DNA of 64,000 nucleotides from the human T2T-CHM13v2.0 reference genome, Homo sapiens: NCBI GenBank assembly GCA_009914755.4, contig CP068257.2, positions 20,256,001 to 20,320,000 of the forward strand, read 5' to 3'. Shown piece by piece: positions 1 to 15,055 of this stretch (position 1 is its first letter; each line of letters starts with the position of its first letter). The notes under the pieces were generated by a model. It saw only the letters and a program-made list of their open reading frames with translations, ran no database searches and was not told where the DNA came from. The position numbers and the translations under genes were made by a program.

Positions 1-1178
1 GAAGAGAAAATGATCATCATAAATCTTAGTACATTTCTTGAAGTAGCAAATCAGCTAAAATGTTTAGAATTGAATATATATGTTAGAGAGGGAAGTAAGG
101 ACTCTGCAATTATGTTATTAACTTGATCAATACCCGTAACCAGACAATTTAGCACCACCTTCACCTCCAATTCACTTTAGTGCTTATAATCTCCTATTGA
201 TTGTCAGCTAATCAATACAATAGCTTCACTTTTCTCTCCGTTAAGTAACCATGATCTCAGTGCCAACCTTGACTTATTTAAGATGGATAAAAGCTGTATT
301 AACAAAATGTATTAGGTAGAGTATGATCACTTTGAAAATTTAGATGATATTTGATTATTTAAATAGAATTATAATGACTAAGTTAATATGATCAATGAAA
401 TGTTAAAAATAGCCTTATTTACTTTATCAAAGTCTACTCACATTAGGACATCCCTGTAGAAATGAATAAAATAAAACTACTATTGTTCAAACTCAATTAT
501 TAGCAATAACCATTAAAAGATTATAAATTACCAAATGTGCTATGCCATTTAAATAGGGTGCAGTTTAGAATATACACTGTTGGTTGAAATGTAAATTAGT
601 AGAGTATAAGTGTATAAGCAAGCATTTGTGTGTGAGCATTCCCTTTTCTCTGCCTCGTCACCAGCATCAGTTGTTTTTTTGTCATTTTAATAAGAGCCAT
701 TCTGACTGGGTTAAGATGACATTTCACAGTGGTTTGGATTTTCATTTACCTGATGATTAGTGATATTGAAGATTTTTCCATATACCTGTTGGTCATTTGC
801 ATATCTTTTTTGAGACATGTCTAGTTATGTCCTTTGCTGACTTTTTAATGAAATTATTTGTTTTTTTGTGTGTGTTTTTCTTCTTACTGTTGAGTTATTT
901 GAGTTCCTTGTTTATTCTGGATATTACGTCCTTGTTGGATGAATAGTTTGAAGATATTTTATTCCAATTAACAGGTTGTCCCACACTCTGTTGTTTGTTT
1001 CCTTTGTTGAGTGGAAGCTTTTCAGTTTAATATAGTCCCATTTATCCTTTTCTGTTTTTGTTGTCTATGCTTTTGAAATCATAGCCATAAAATCTTTGCC
1101 CAGAGCAATGTCCATAGTTTTTCTTCTATAATTGTTTTAGTCGTTTTATAATTTTGGATCTTGTTTTTAAGTCTTTGA

Positions 1179-1449
<271 letters not shown>

Positions 1450-1635
1450 AGATATCCAGTTTTTCAGCACCATTGATTCAAGAGACTGTCCTTTCACCAG
1501 TGTAAATTCTTGGTACCTTTATCAAAAATTAGTTTACTGTAAGTAGATACATTTATTTATGGGTTTTCTATTATGTTCTCTTAATGTGTATATTTTTATG
1601 CCAATATCATGTTGTTGTTGTTGTTGTTTGTTTTG

Positions 1636-1790
<155 letters not shown>

Positions 1791-2373
1791 TGAAGTCAGG
1801 TAATGGGATGTCTCCAGCTTTGTTCTTCTTGGTCAGGAATGCTCTTGCTATTATGAGTCTTTTATGGTTAAATAAATAATTTAGGATTATTTTTTCTATT
1901 TCTTTGAAAAAAGACATTGGTATTGTATAGAGATTGCATTGAATTTGTAGATTGCTTTGAGTAGTGTGATCATTTTAATGGTATGAATTCTTCTGATACA
2001 TGAGCATGAACCCTCTTTCCATTTTTTGTGTCCTTTTCACTTTCTTTCATCAATGTTTTTTACTTTTACTCATAGAAGTCTTTCAACTCCATGGTTAAGT
2101 TTTTCTTAGTATTTTAATGTTTTGTAGCCATTGTAAAAGTGATTGCCTTCTTCATTGTTTCTTAGCTAGTTCATTATTAATGAACAGAAATACTACTGAT
2201 TTTTTGTGTTGATTTTTATCCTAAAACTTTACGGAATTTATTTATCAGATCTAAGAGTTTTTGTGTAGTCTTTAGGTTTTTCTAGATATAAGATCATGTC
2301 ATCTGCAAACAGGGACAATTTGACTTCCTCTTTTCCAGTTTGAATGCTTTCATTTTTTCTCTTGCTGATTCCT

Positions 2374-3013
2374 CTAGATAACAATTACAATACCATTTGA
2401 AATAGGAGTTGTGAAAATGAGCAACCATCTTGTTCCAGTTCTTAGCAGAAAGGATTTCAGCTTTTCCCGATTCAGTAAGATGTTAGCTGTAGCTTTTTTT
2501 TTTCTGTATGGCCTTATTGGGTTAAGGTATATCCCTTCCATATCTAGTTTTTTGATAGTTTTTATCAGGAAGGGATGGTGAAATTTATCAAATGCTTTTT
2601 CTGCATCTATTAAAATGATCATTGGTTTTTTGCCCTTCATTCTGTTGATATGATGTATCAAATTTATTGATTCATGTATGTTGAACTACTTTTGCACCCC
2701 AGTGATAAATCCCACTTGATCAGTGTGTATTCTCTTTGTGATGTGTTGTGGGATTCAGTTCGTTGGTATTTCGTTGAAGATTTTTGCATCTATATTCATC
2801 AGGGATATGAGTCCATAGTTTTTCTTGTGTGGTGGTTATGACCTTGTCTGGTTCTGATATCATGGTAATGTTGACCTTGTAGAATGAATTAGTGAGAATT
2901 CTCTCCTTTTCATTTTTTGAGAATAATTTGAAGAGCACTGCTGTTTTTTTTGTTTGTTTGTTTTGTTTTTTGTTTTTTCCTGTAAATTTGGCAGAGTTTG
3001 GCAATGAAGCCAT
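2374..3013 (-). pseudogene. L1 ORF2 reverse-transcriptase remnant (frame-disrupted)
   Basis: Minus-strand ORFs 2374..2661 (…MIILIDAEKAFDKFHHPFLIKTIKKL…ATANILLN…KLKSF.L.TGTR) and 2720..3013 (…LTNSFYKVNITMI.EPDK..T…L.N.D) align by eye to conserved L1 ORF2p RT segments (..MIISIDAEKAFDKIQ.PFM.KTLNKL…PTANIILNG.KL.AFPLKTGTRQ; ..LPNSFYEASIILIPKPGRD). They are broken into short ORFs by stop codons and frameshifts. Confidence 0.8.
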
Positions 3014-5311
3014 CCAGTCCTGAGTACTTATTTGTTGGAAGATATTTTTATTACTAATTCAATCTCATTACACTTTATAGATTTGTTCAAATTTCTATTT
3101 TTTTCCGACTCAACCTTCATAGGTTGTACTTGTCCAAAAATGTTTCTACTTTTCTAGAATTTCCTATTTGTTAGTGTATAGATGTTCTTATTCTCTCTGT
3201 TGGTCTTTTGTATTTCTATGCTATCAGTTTTAATGTCTTCTTTTTCATTTCTAATTTTGTTTATTTAGGTCTTCTGTCATTTATTGCTAGTCTAGTTAGT
3301 AGTCTATCAATTTTGTTTATCTTTCAAAAAACAACTTTTCATTTCATCAAGACTTTTTATTGTTTTGTCTCTATTTTGTTTAGTTCTTCTCCGATTTTTA
3401 TTTCTTCTACTAGTTTTGGGTTCAGCTTGTTCTTGCTTTAGTAGGTCCTTTAGGTACATTGTTAGATTGTTTATTTGAAATATTTCTACTTTTTTGATGC
3501 ATACATTCATTGTTATAAAATTCCCTATTAGCAGTACTTTTGCTGTATCTCATAGATTTTGGTATATTATATTTCATTTGTCATTTATTTCAATAAATGT
3601 TTGAACTTATCCTTAATTTCATCAGTAACAGCGTTTTACAGAAACATATTGTTTAATTTCCATGTATTTGTACAGTTTTCAGTGTTCCTCTTGTTAATGA
3701 TTTCTAGTTTTGTTCCATCTTGGTCTTATGAGATACTTAATATACTTTTGATATTTTAAAATTTGTTAAGACTTGATTAACATAAAAATATATGGTGTAT
3801 CTGGAGAACGTTCCATGTGCTAATGAAAAGAGTGTATATTCTTTAGTTACTGGATATAATATTTTGTAAATATCGGGTTCATTTAATCTAAAGTGCAGTT
3901 TAGATGCACTGTGTCTATTAATTTGCTGCCTAGATGATCTGTTTAATGCTGAAAGGTGGAGATTTGTAGTCTCTGACTGTTACCATATTAGAGTCTAGCT
4001 CTTCCTTTAATTTAATAATATCTGTTTTGTATATCTAGGTACTTCATTATCAGGTGCATATATGATTAGAATTCTTGTAGCCTCATGTTGACTTCATATC
4101 TTTTATAATGATGCAGTTGTCTCTTTTTACTATTTTTTGACTTACTGTTTTATGTTATATAAATACAGCTATTCTCACTTGTTTTTTTAAAAATTTCTGT
4201 TGATGTGGAATATCTTTTTTCCATCTCTTTACTTTTATCTATATGTGTATGATGAGATGAGAGAATAATTTCTTATAGTCAGCTTAGTAGGGTCATATTT
4301 GTTTCTTTTTTTAAATCCATTAAGCCAGTCTATACCTTTTAAGTGGAAAGTTTAATTCATTTACAATTGAGGTAATTATTGATATGTATTTACTTTTTCC
4401 TGTCATTTTATCAACTGCTTTCTGGGTTTTTTGTATATCCTTTGTTCCTTTATTTCCCCTTTTTGTTTATCATTGTGAATTGGTAGTTTTCTGTTGTGGT
4501 ACCATTTGAATGTTTTCTCTTCATTACTTGTGTGTTTGCTTTACTGGTGAATTTTACAGTTCGATGTGTCTTCATGATAAAAGATATCATCTTTTGCTCC
4601 CAGGCATTTGACTCTATTAAGCATTTTTTTGGAGGTCCAGTCCCTTAGCTTTTGTTTCTCTGGGAAATACTTTGTTTTTCCTTTATTTTATGAAGAGTAA
4701 CTTTGCTGGGTACAATATTTTTGACTGCTTTTTGTTTGTTTGTTTTGGGAAGTTTGAATATATCATTCTATTCTCTTCTGGCCTGTAAGGTTTCTTCTGA
4801 GAAATCCACTATTGGTCTCCTAGGGGTTTCTTATGAGTGACTATATACTTTTCTCTTGCTGTTTTTAGGATTTTCTCTTTGTCTTTGACATTTGACAGTT
4901 GACTATAATGTGCCATAAAGAAGACCCTTTTAAATTGTATCTTTTTCAGAATCTCTGAACTTCCTGTATCTGTATGTCTAAATCTCTTTCTAGACTTGAG
5001 AAGTCATATATTATTTTGTTGAATAGGTTTTCTATACCTTTCATTTTTGTCTTCACCTTCTGGAACATTGAAAATTCAAGTATTTGGTCACTTTTTATTG
5101 TCTCACATGTCAAATAAGCATTGATTATTCTTTTTATCTGTTTCTTTCCTTTATTATTTTCTGTCTGGGTTATTTCAAAACACTCTCTTCAAGGTCAGAA
5201 GAATGTATCTTCTGCTATATCTAGTCTTCTGTTGAAGTTTTTAATGTATTTTTTATTTTATTCAATAATTTCTTCAGTTCCAGATCTTTGATTCTTTTTT
5301 ACAGTATCTAT

Positions 5312-5690
5312 CTGTGTTTGTCCATTCTCATGATGCTATAAAGAAAGGACAAAGACTGGATAATTTATACAAGAAAAAGGTTTAATTGACTCACAGTTCC
5401 AAACTGCCCGGGAGGCCTTAGGAAACTTACAATCATGGCAGAAGGCAAAGGAGAAGCAGGAACCTTCTTCATAAGGGGGCAGGACAATGTGAGTGCCAGC
5501 AGGGAAAATGCCAGATTCTTATAAAGCCATCAGATCTCATGAGAACTCACTTGCTATCATGAATACAGCATTGGGGAAACCACCTCCATGATCTAATCAC
5601 TTCCTACCAGTTCCCTACGAGAACATGTGGGGGTTATGAAAAGTACAATTCAAGATGAGATTTTGGAGGGGACACAGCCTAGTCATGTCA
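5312..5690 (-). mobile_element. ERVL-MaLR LTR (THE1/MST-like), the 3' LTR of the element whose internal part follows
   Basis: The sequence is the reverse complement of the MaLR LTR consensus. It contains '..ggtttaattgactcacagttcc…ggaaacttacaatcatggcagaaggcaaaggagaagcagg…ataaagccatcagatctcatgagaactcac…caattcaagatgagattttggaggggacacagcc..gtca' (rc of the tgatatggtttggctgtgtcc… start). Confidence 0.8.
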
Positions 5691-6985
5691 TTCAACTCCT
5701 GCCCCCTCTCAATTCTCTTGTCCTCACACTTCTAAACACAATCATGCCCTTCCAATAGTCCCCCCAAATCTTAACTCATTGCAGCATTAACCCAGAAGTC
5801 CAGATCTACAGTCTCATCTGAGACAGTGCAAAAGCCTTCCACCTATGAGCCTGTTAAATCAAAAGCAAGTTAGTTACTTCCTAGATAGAATGAGGGCACA
5901 GTCATTGGGTAAATACACTGGTTCCAAATGGGAGAAACTGACCAAAACAAAAAGGCTACAGCCCTCATGCAAGTCCAAAATCCAATACAGCAGTCATTAA
6001 ACCTTAAAGTTCGAAAATGATCTCCTTTGACTCTATGTCTCACAAACAGGTCAAATTGATGCAAGCAGTGGGCTCCCACAGCCTTGAACTGCTAAGCAGG
6101 GTGGATTTTCAGGGTACAGCCCCCTTTCTGGCTGCTTTCATGGCCTAGCATTGAGTGATGTGGCTTTTCCAGATGCATAGTGAAGCTGTAGGTGGATATG
6201 GAGGATGGTAGCCCTCTTCTCACAGCTCTACTATGTTATGCCCCAGTGGGGACTCTGTGTGGGGGCTCTGACCCCACATTTCTCTTCTGATCTGCCCTAG
6301 CAGAGGCTGGCTATGAGGGTTCCCTTACTGTAGCAAACTTCTACCTGGACATCCAGGTGTTTCCATACATCCTCTGAAATCTAGGCAGAGGTTCCACAAC
6401 CTCAATTCTTGACTTCTGTGTATCCATAGGCTCAACACCACATGGAATCTGCCAAAGCTTGGGGCTTGCATCCTCTGAAGCAATGGCCCAAGCTGTACCT
6501 TGGCCCCTTTTAGCCACTACTGGAGCTGAAGCAGCTGGGATGCTGGGCATCATGTCCTGAGGCTTCACAGAGGAGGGCCCTGGGCCTGGTCCAGAAAACC
6601 ATTTTTCCCTCTTAGGCTTCTGGATCTGTGATGGGAGGGGCTCCCGTGAAGCTCTCTGACATGCCCTGGAGACACTCTCCCCATTGTCTTGCTGATTAAC
6701 ATTCAGCTCTTCATTAATTATGCAAATTTCTGTAGCCCTCTTGAATTTTTACCCAGAAAATGGGTTTTTCTTTTCTATGGCATCATCAGGTTACAAATTT
6801 TCCAAACTTTTATGCTCTACTTCCTTTTGAATGTTTTGCTGCTTAGTAATTTCTTCTACCAGAAACCCAAAATCATCTCTCTTAAGTTCAAAGTTCCACA
6901 GGTCTCTAAAGCAGGGGCAAAAATGCCACCAGTCTCTTTGCTAAAGCATAGAAAGAGTCACAATTGTTCCAGTTCCTGAGAAGTT
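5691..6985 (-). mobile_element. THE1/MST internal region (MaLR-int), 3' ~1.3 kb, truncated
   Basis: There is a long collinear match to the reverse complement of THE1-int as I recall it. Matching stretches include 'cctatgagcctgttaaatcaaaagcaagttagttacttcctagat', 'accttaaagttcgaaaatgatctcctttgactctatgtctcac', 'ggcaaaaatgccaccagtctctttgctaaagcatagaaagagtcac'. ORF 6341..6568 (-) is a remnant of this element, not a gene. Confidence 0.8.
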
Positions 6986-6999
6986 CCTATTTTTTTCCT

Positions 7000-7330
7000 A
7001 TTTTTGCCATTGTGAATAGTTCTATGATAAACATGGGAGTGCAAATATCTATTCAAGATTCTGATTTCAATTCTTTTGGATAAATACTCAGAAGTGGGAT
7101 ACCTGGATCACATGGTAGTATTATTTTGAGCTATTGAGAAATGTCTATACTGTTTTTGACGGTGACATTTTGCCTATTCCATTCTCACAAACAGTGCATA
7201 AGGGTTCCAGTTTCCCCACATCCTCACCAACACTTGCTGTTTTGTTCTTTTGATAATACATCACCTTAACTGTGTGTGAGACAGTTCTATTGATGAGCTT
7301 GGACTGATCTTCTTCTGCTGCTTTCTCTTA
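7000..7330 (-). mobile_element. L1 copy B (3' ORF2/3'UTR-proximal region), left part
   Basis: The plus strand reads as L1 antisense: 'gccattgtgaatagttctatgataaacat…ccaccaacacttgctgttttgttcttttgataat…ccttaactgtgtgtgagacag'. This covers the same L1 interval as the start of copy A, so it is a separate copy. Confidence 0.75.
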
Positions 7331-7363
7331 GTAATTCTCAAGAATTACAGTAGAATGTGCTAG

Positions 7364-7713
<350 letters not shown>

Positions 7714-8045
7714 TCAGGATGTCCTTTAATGAATGACCACAGCATGTCATGTTTCTCCAAGGTCATATAATCCAGGCCAGGCTGCTGTCCAGAGCCCTTC
7801 AGCTGTGGTGCAAGTGGAGCACACACAATTGGAACTTCATCTGCCCTGGGCAGCTTCCCTGAGCTTGGGGGACTAGTTCCCAATGAATCTTAGGCTTCTG
7901 TTGTACCTTACTATCTCTAAATAATAAATCAACTTCATGTAACTTGTTGTATATAAGTGCAACAAGTTCTGTCTCATTAGACTCAGACAAGTTTTAACCA
8001 GTGCATAATGAACCTGCTTCACAGCACAAGGTGAAACTGCGGTTT

Positions 8046-8330
8046 CACTTGGCATTTCCCTAATGATTACTGATGTTGAGCATCATTTACATACCTGTTG
8101 GCCATTTGTATGTCTTCTTTGGAGAAATGTCTATTCAAGTACTTTTTAAACAGGTTATTTGTTTTTATTGAGTTGTAGGAGTTTCTTATGTATTTTGAAT
8201 ATTAACATCTTAGATAAGTGATTTGAAAATATTTTTCCCATTTCATAGGTTCCTATTTCATTCTTTTAATGGCTTAATGCTAATTCTAAATAATGTCTAA
8301 TTTCCAGTATACATTTTTATTCAAAACATA
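8046..8330 (-). mobile_element. L1 copy B, right part (continues the antisense ORF2 C-terminal region)
   Basis: The sequence 'cacttggcatttccctaatgattactgatgttgagcatcatttacatacctgttggccatttgtatgtcttctttggagaaatgtctattcaag…' matches the L1 antisense '..gatttgcatttctctgatggccagtgatgatgagcattttttcatgtgtcttttggctgcataaatgtcttcttttgagaagtgtctgttcat..'. Confidence 0.8.
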
Positions 8331-8514
8331 AATATGTTGAATTAAGATTTTTAAAAGTATTTAACTTATTTTGGTATGGTTATATTTTTGTAAATTTTTA
8401 ATTTTAATTAGATTTTAATTTAATTAAAATTTATGGTAGATAACTAATTATAGTGATTATTCAAAATTTTGTTTAGATTTGCTTCATGGCTTTGCACATA
8501 TGTATGGTTGGTAA

Positions 8515-8858
<344 letters not shown>

Positions 8859-10387
8859 TATGTTATGTTTCTGTATTCTACAATGTCCAAACATAATAAT
8901 TTTGTTATGCACATATTTCATTTCTTTCTTTTTGCTGGATCTATCAATTACTGAAAGAGGTGAGTTAAAATATCCACACACAATGTGGACTTTATTGATT
9001 TTCCCTTGCAGTTATTTGATTTGGCTTTATGTAATTATGGCACATTGCTTGCATTTGTAACCTTGATTCTTCACCTCTCCCTGAATCCACACCCTTTGTT
9101 TAACCTTCTAGTGCTTTTCCATTTGACTCTAATCTTTGTCTTTAGCAAAAACATGGCATGAGCTTGAACAGTGCTTGATCAATTGTGCTTGTTTCTTGCC
9201 ATCTGCTGATCACAATAAGTTCATGCCCTGGCTTGTCTTTTGCAGATATCCAGCCAAGATGATTCAAACTAGCTGGCAGCTAGCTAATGACCAGTTATAT
9301 GAGTAAAACTATGTGAGCCAGAAAAACTAGATTGTCAATCCAAGCCTAGACAGTTGACCTGCAGACTCATGAGTAAATACGTTTTTTTAATACTCCTGAC
9401 ATTGTGTGCTCTATATGTGTGTGTGTTGGCATGTGTGTGTTGTTTGTCATTCAAAGATTTTATTGCAACAGAGAAATTATACAGCATTTTACGTTTTTAT
9501 AGGCAGACATATTCTATTATATACTTGGGAATTAGCAATATTTTATTATAAAATGACTTGCTTCGAGACAAGTAATATTTTTTCTTTTTTCTCCTTTCTT
9601 TTAGATTGGTTTTTACTCGCTAAAACTATTTTACTCTCTTATACTTAACTTTTCTTCATCTTTGTGTTTAATGTGACTCCTTTACGTAATGTAATAGAGT
9701 GACTTTCATAATCAATAGAAAGTTTTATGGTTTATGCTGACTTACTTGTGCTACTTGTAAGATGAAGAAAACAGCAAATACATACAGAGTAAAACAGAGG
9801 TTGGAAGCTTGCTACTTGCACTTTAATTTTATATTTTATTCTCAAGGATACATAAAATATCAAAATACTTTTATTGTATTTCCTGTTTGATAGGTATAAT
9901 GGTTAATTTTAGGAGTCAACTTTACTGGATTAAGGCATACGCCCATAGCTGGTAAAGCATTATTTCTGAGGATGTCTGTGAGAGTGTTTTTCTGAAGAGA
10001 TTGCCATTTGCATTGGTGGATGAGTTAAGGAAGGTCTTCCCTCAATGTGGGCAGGTACCATTCAATTATGTGAGGGCCCAGGTAGAAAAAAACAGGCAAA
10101 GTGAATATGCTCTCTGTTCTGGAGCTGTGACACACTGCTTCTCTTGTCCTTTGGCATCAGAACTCCAGATCTGGTCTTTGGACTCTGGGGTTTGCACCAG
10201 TGGCCCCCTAGTTTCATAAGCTTTTGACCTTGGATTGAAAGCTACACGATCAGCTTCCCTGGTTCTGAGGCATTTGTACTTGAACTGAGACACATTACCA
10301 ATTTTCAGGGGTCTCTAGCTTGCAGAGGACCTATCATGGGAATCATCAGTTTCCATAATCACATGAGCCAATTTCCCGAATAAATCC

Positions 10388-10430
<43 letters not shown>

Positions 10431-10491
10431 CTCTGTCTATCATCTGTCTGTCTGTCTATTATCTATCTATCTGTCTATCTATATCTATCTA
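10388..10491. repeat. Compound tetranucleotide microsatellite (TCTA)n…(TCTG)n…(TCTA)n
   Basis: About 11 uninterrupted 'tcta' units are followed by an interrupted run: 'tctctgtctatcatctgtctgtctgtctattatctatctatctgtctatctatatctatct'. Confidence 0.95.
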
Positions 10492-11142
10492 ATTGGTTTT
10501 GTCTGTTAGGAGAACCCTGACTAATACAATATGTTAAAAATACAATATGTTAACACTGGACTCCCATAGGGTCTAATGTTATAGCTTCAGGACTGAATAT
10601 ATGTAAAGGAATTTAAAAATAAATACCTTGCCGATGAGTTGTTCAGGCCCTAGGAAGTTCTCTTGTGAACCTCTAACATGTATATTGCAATAGAATTTTC
10701 TGGACACTCACATTATATTATAAGTCTGCCTTGCCCCATGACCTTGAGTTAGGAGAAACATATAACAAAACCATATTACATCCACCATCACCCAAAATAA
10801 ATTTAACTCCTCAGCATATCAATGATATTATCTGAGACTGTGCAGCTTTGAAATGCACATATATGTCACCACTACTGTGTGGTAGCTTTAACCTAGAAGG
10901 AAGGAGTAGTTAATCTGCAGCGTTCATAAGTAGGACTAGAAGGAATGTGAAGCAAGGAATAGAATGAGGGTGAAAGTCTTAGAAAACATGAAAAAAAATA
11001 AACTGTTTTAACTGGATAAATATTTAATGCCGTATATGTTTAAACATCAGAATTGATACAAATGCCCTAGTGCATTTTGTGTTGCTATAGCAAAATTCCG
11101 AGATGGGATAATTCACAATAATTTATACAGAAAAGAAAGTTT

Positions 11143-11459
11143 GGCCAGGCGCAGTGGCTCACGCCTGTAATTCCAGCACTTTGGGAGGCTAAGGTGGGCG
11201 GATCACAAGGTCAGGAGATGGAGACCATCCTGGCCAATATGGTGAAACCCTGTCTCTACTAAAAATACAAAAAAAAAACAAAAAAAAAAAACTAGCCAGG
11301 TGTGGTGGTGGGTGCCTGTAGTCCCAGATACTCCAGAGCCTGAGGCAGGAAAATTGCTTGAACCCGGCAGGCAGGGGTTGCAGTAAGCCAAGATTGTGCC
11401 ATGGCACTGCAGCCTGGGCGACAGAGTGAGACTCCGTTTAAGAAAAAAAAATATAAAAA
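11143..11459 (+). mobile_element. AluS-like, full length with an A-rich tail
   Basis: The sequence 'ggccaggcgcagtggctcacgcctgtaatcccagcactttgggaggc…' runs through '…gcctgggcgacagagtgagactccgtttaagaaaaaaaaatataaaaa'. Confidence 0.93.
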
Positions 11460-11999
<540 letters not shown>

Positions 12000-12104
12000 T
12001 CAGTCCTGTGAGACTACATCAGCTCTTTCATTAAGGGTGAATCCCTCATAACCCAAATGCCTCTTAACGATCCCATGACCTCTCACTCAGTAGCATTACA
12101 TTGA

Positions 12105-12392
<288 letters not shown>

Positions 12393-12746
12393 TATATTGG
12401 CTTTTTTTAACATGAGTTATGACAGGGACAAACACATCCAAACTATAGCAAATGGCATATCAAAATTTTTAAATTTTAAATAAAAAAAGATCTGACAATG
12501 CTGTGAGCACCCAGAATTCTCACTTTTCCTGCCTGAATATCAAGATTCCTTGATTGTTACCTATAGGAGAATTTTCGGAGAGGATATTAGGTTGTTCTTG
12601 CGTACAAATTAAGACCTGACATTCTGATATATTAAAGATATGAAGTCTGATGTTAACGAATATCTGGAAGTGAGGATAGTTGTACTTTTTTAAATATGTT
12701 TTAAATTCCTTTGACTTTGCAATGCTTTCCCACACAGGCTTAGCTA

Positions 12747-13072
<326 letters not shown>

Positions 13073-13500
13073 TGAATTTTCTTTTATTACTTTCTGAAGA
13101 TCTTCCTTTTAGTGTGACTGGCAAGTTTAGTCTCCTTATTGTTTTGTGATTTCTGATCTTTGACTTTTAAAGTTCATTAACTTTGGAGTTGCTTGTGCTG
13201 TAGGAATCCTGACTTTATTTTAAAAATGACCTCAACAGATACTTTACTTTCTTTAGCCAATCAGTAATTCATTTCAAAATGTCATTTAAAAATATGTTAT
13301 CTCACAACTTAATTCTCCTTTTAAAAGTTGTTTCAGCTGCATGCAGTGGTGTATGTTGTAGTCCCAGCTACTCGAGAGACTGGGTCAGGATTTTTGCAGT
13401 AAAAATAGGTAGATTATAATGATTTGTTTAATACTTTTTGTTCACCATACTGTTGTTAAATTGTAATCATTTTCTCTATTCATTCAATTAGAGAAGTTAT

Positions 13501-13853
13501 TGGCTGGGCACCACGGCTCATGCCTGTACTCTCATCTCTATCGAGGGCCAAGGTATATATCGCTTGAGCCCAGGAGTTTGAGACCAGCCTGGACAACATG
13601 GCAAAACTTCATCTCTACTATATATATATATTTTTTTATATATTATAGTTTATAATATATAAATGTGTATATATATTATTTATGTATATATAAATAATAG
13701 CCAGGTGTGGTAGCATGCACCTGCATTTTCAGCTACTCAGGAGGCTGAGGTTGGAAGATAGATTGCTTCAGCTCAGGAGGTGGAGGTTCTGTACTCCAGC
13801 CTGGGCAACAGAGCCAGACCCTGTCACAAAAAAAAGAGAAAGAGAGAGAGAAA
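13501..13853 (+). mobile_element. Alu whose middle A-rich linker is expanded into a ~80 bp TA-rich tract (13620–13700)
   Basis: The left arm is 'ggctgggcaccacggctcatgcctgta…gagaccagcctggacaacatggcaaaacttcatctctacta'. It is followed by 'tatatatatattttttta…tgtatatatattatttatgtatatataaataat' and then the right arm 'agccaggtgtggtagcatgcacctg…ccagcctgggcaacagagccagaccctgtcacaaaaaaaagagaaagagagagagaaa'. Confidence 0.85.
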
Positions 13854-14499
13854 TGAGAGGTGACAGCGTGCTGACAGTCCTCAGAGCCCTTGCTTGCTCT
13901 CGGTACCTCCCCTGCCTGGGCTCCCACTTTGGCGGCACTTGAGGAGCCCTTCAGCCCACCGCTGCACTGTGGGAGCCCCTTTCTGGGCTGGCCAAGGCTG
14001 GAGCCCACTCCCTCAGCTTGCAGGGAGGTGTGGAGGGAGAGGCGCAAGCAGGAACCGGGGCTGCGTGCGGCGCTTGCGGGCCAGCTGGAGTTCCGGGTGG
14101 GCGTGGGTTTGGCGGGCCCCGCACTCGGAGAAGGCCAGCCGGTCAGCCCTGCCTGCCCCGGGCAATGAGGGACTTAGCGCCCCTGGGCCAGTGGCTGCGG
14201 AGGGTGTACTGGGTCCCCCAGCAGTGCCAGCCCACTGACGCTGCGCTCGATTTCTCACCGGGCCTTAGCTGCCTTCCCGCTGGGCAGGGCTCGGGACCTG
14301 CAGCCCACCGTGCCTGAGCCTCCCACCCTCTCCGTGGGCTCCTGTGCGGCCGGAGCCTCCCCGACGAGTGCCACACCCTGCTCCACGGGGCCCAGTCCCA
14401 TGGACCACCCAAGGGCTGAGCAGTGCAGGTGCACCATGCAGGACTGGCAGGCAGCTCCACCTGCAGCCCCCGTGTGGGATCCACTAGGTGAAGCCAGCT

Positions 14500-14910
14500 G
14501 GGCTCCTGAGTCTGGTGGGATCGTGGAGAGTCTTTATGTTTAGCTCAGGGATTGTAAACACACCAATCAGCACCCTGTGTTTAGCTCAAGGTTTGTGAGT
14601 GCACCAATCGACACTCTGTATCTAGCTGCTCTGGTGGGACCTTGGAGAACCTTTATGTCTAGCTCAGGGATTGTAAATACACCAATCGGCACTCTGTATC
14701 TAGCTCAAGGTTTGTAAACACACCAATCAGCACCCTGTGTTTAGCTCAAGGTTTGTGAATGCACCAATCGACACTCTGTATCTAGCTGCTCTGGTGGGGC
14801 CTTGGAGAACCTGTGTGTCCATACTCGGTATCTAACTAATCTGATGGGGACGTGGAGAACCTTTGTGTCTAGCTCAGTGATTGTAAACGCACCAATCAGC
14901 ACCCTGTCAA
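14500..14910 (+). promoter_or_regulatory. LTR12 U3 tandem-repeat enhancer/promoter module: ~40-bp units carrying six CCAAT boxes (c/acaccaatc[a/g]g/acac)
   Basis: By my count, CCAAT-containing units lie at about 14563, 14601, 14678, 14720, 14762 and 14890. In published work on LTR12, the U3 repeats bind NF-Y/Sp1-type factors and drive LTR promoter activity. Confidence 0.6.
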
Positions 14911-14963
14911 AACAGACCACTTGGCTCTCCTATCAGCAGGATGTGGGTGGGGCCAGATAAGAG

Positions 14964-15055
14964 AATAAAAGCAGGCTGCCCGAGCCAGCAGTGGCAACCC
15001 GGTAGAGTCCCCTTCCACACTGTGGAAACTTTGTACTTTCGCTCTTTGCAATAAA
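14964..15055 (+). promoter_or_regulatory. LTR12 core promoter / R region: AATAAA TATA-like box (14964–14969) and AATAAA poly(A) signal (15050–15055)
   Basis: The sequence reads 'gccagataagagaataaaagcaggctgcccgagccagcagtggcaacc…ctttgcaataaatcttgctactgctcactctttgggtcc'. This is the typical retroviral LTR layout. Confidence 0.5.

Noticed and set aside
6341-6568. 75-aa minus-strand ORF (MKPQDMMPSIPAASAPVVAKRGQGTAW…).
   Set aside because: It falls inside THE1/MST internal sequence and corresponds to a decayed retroelement reading-frame fragment, not a host gene.
13715-14543. A cluster of overlapping 60–115 aa ORFs on both strands with Ala/Gly/Pro/Arg-rich products.
   Set aside because: They lie in the CpG/GC-rich U3 of the LTR12 solo LTR. 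High GC content suppresses stop codons, giving spurious overlapping ORFs in all frames. There is no start context or gene structure.
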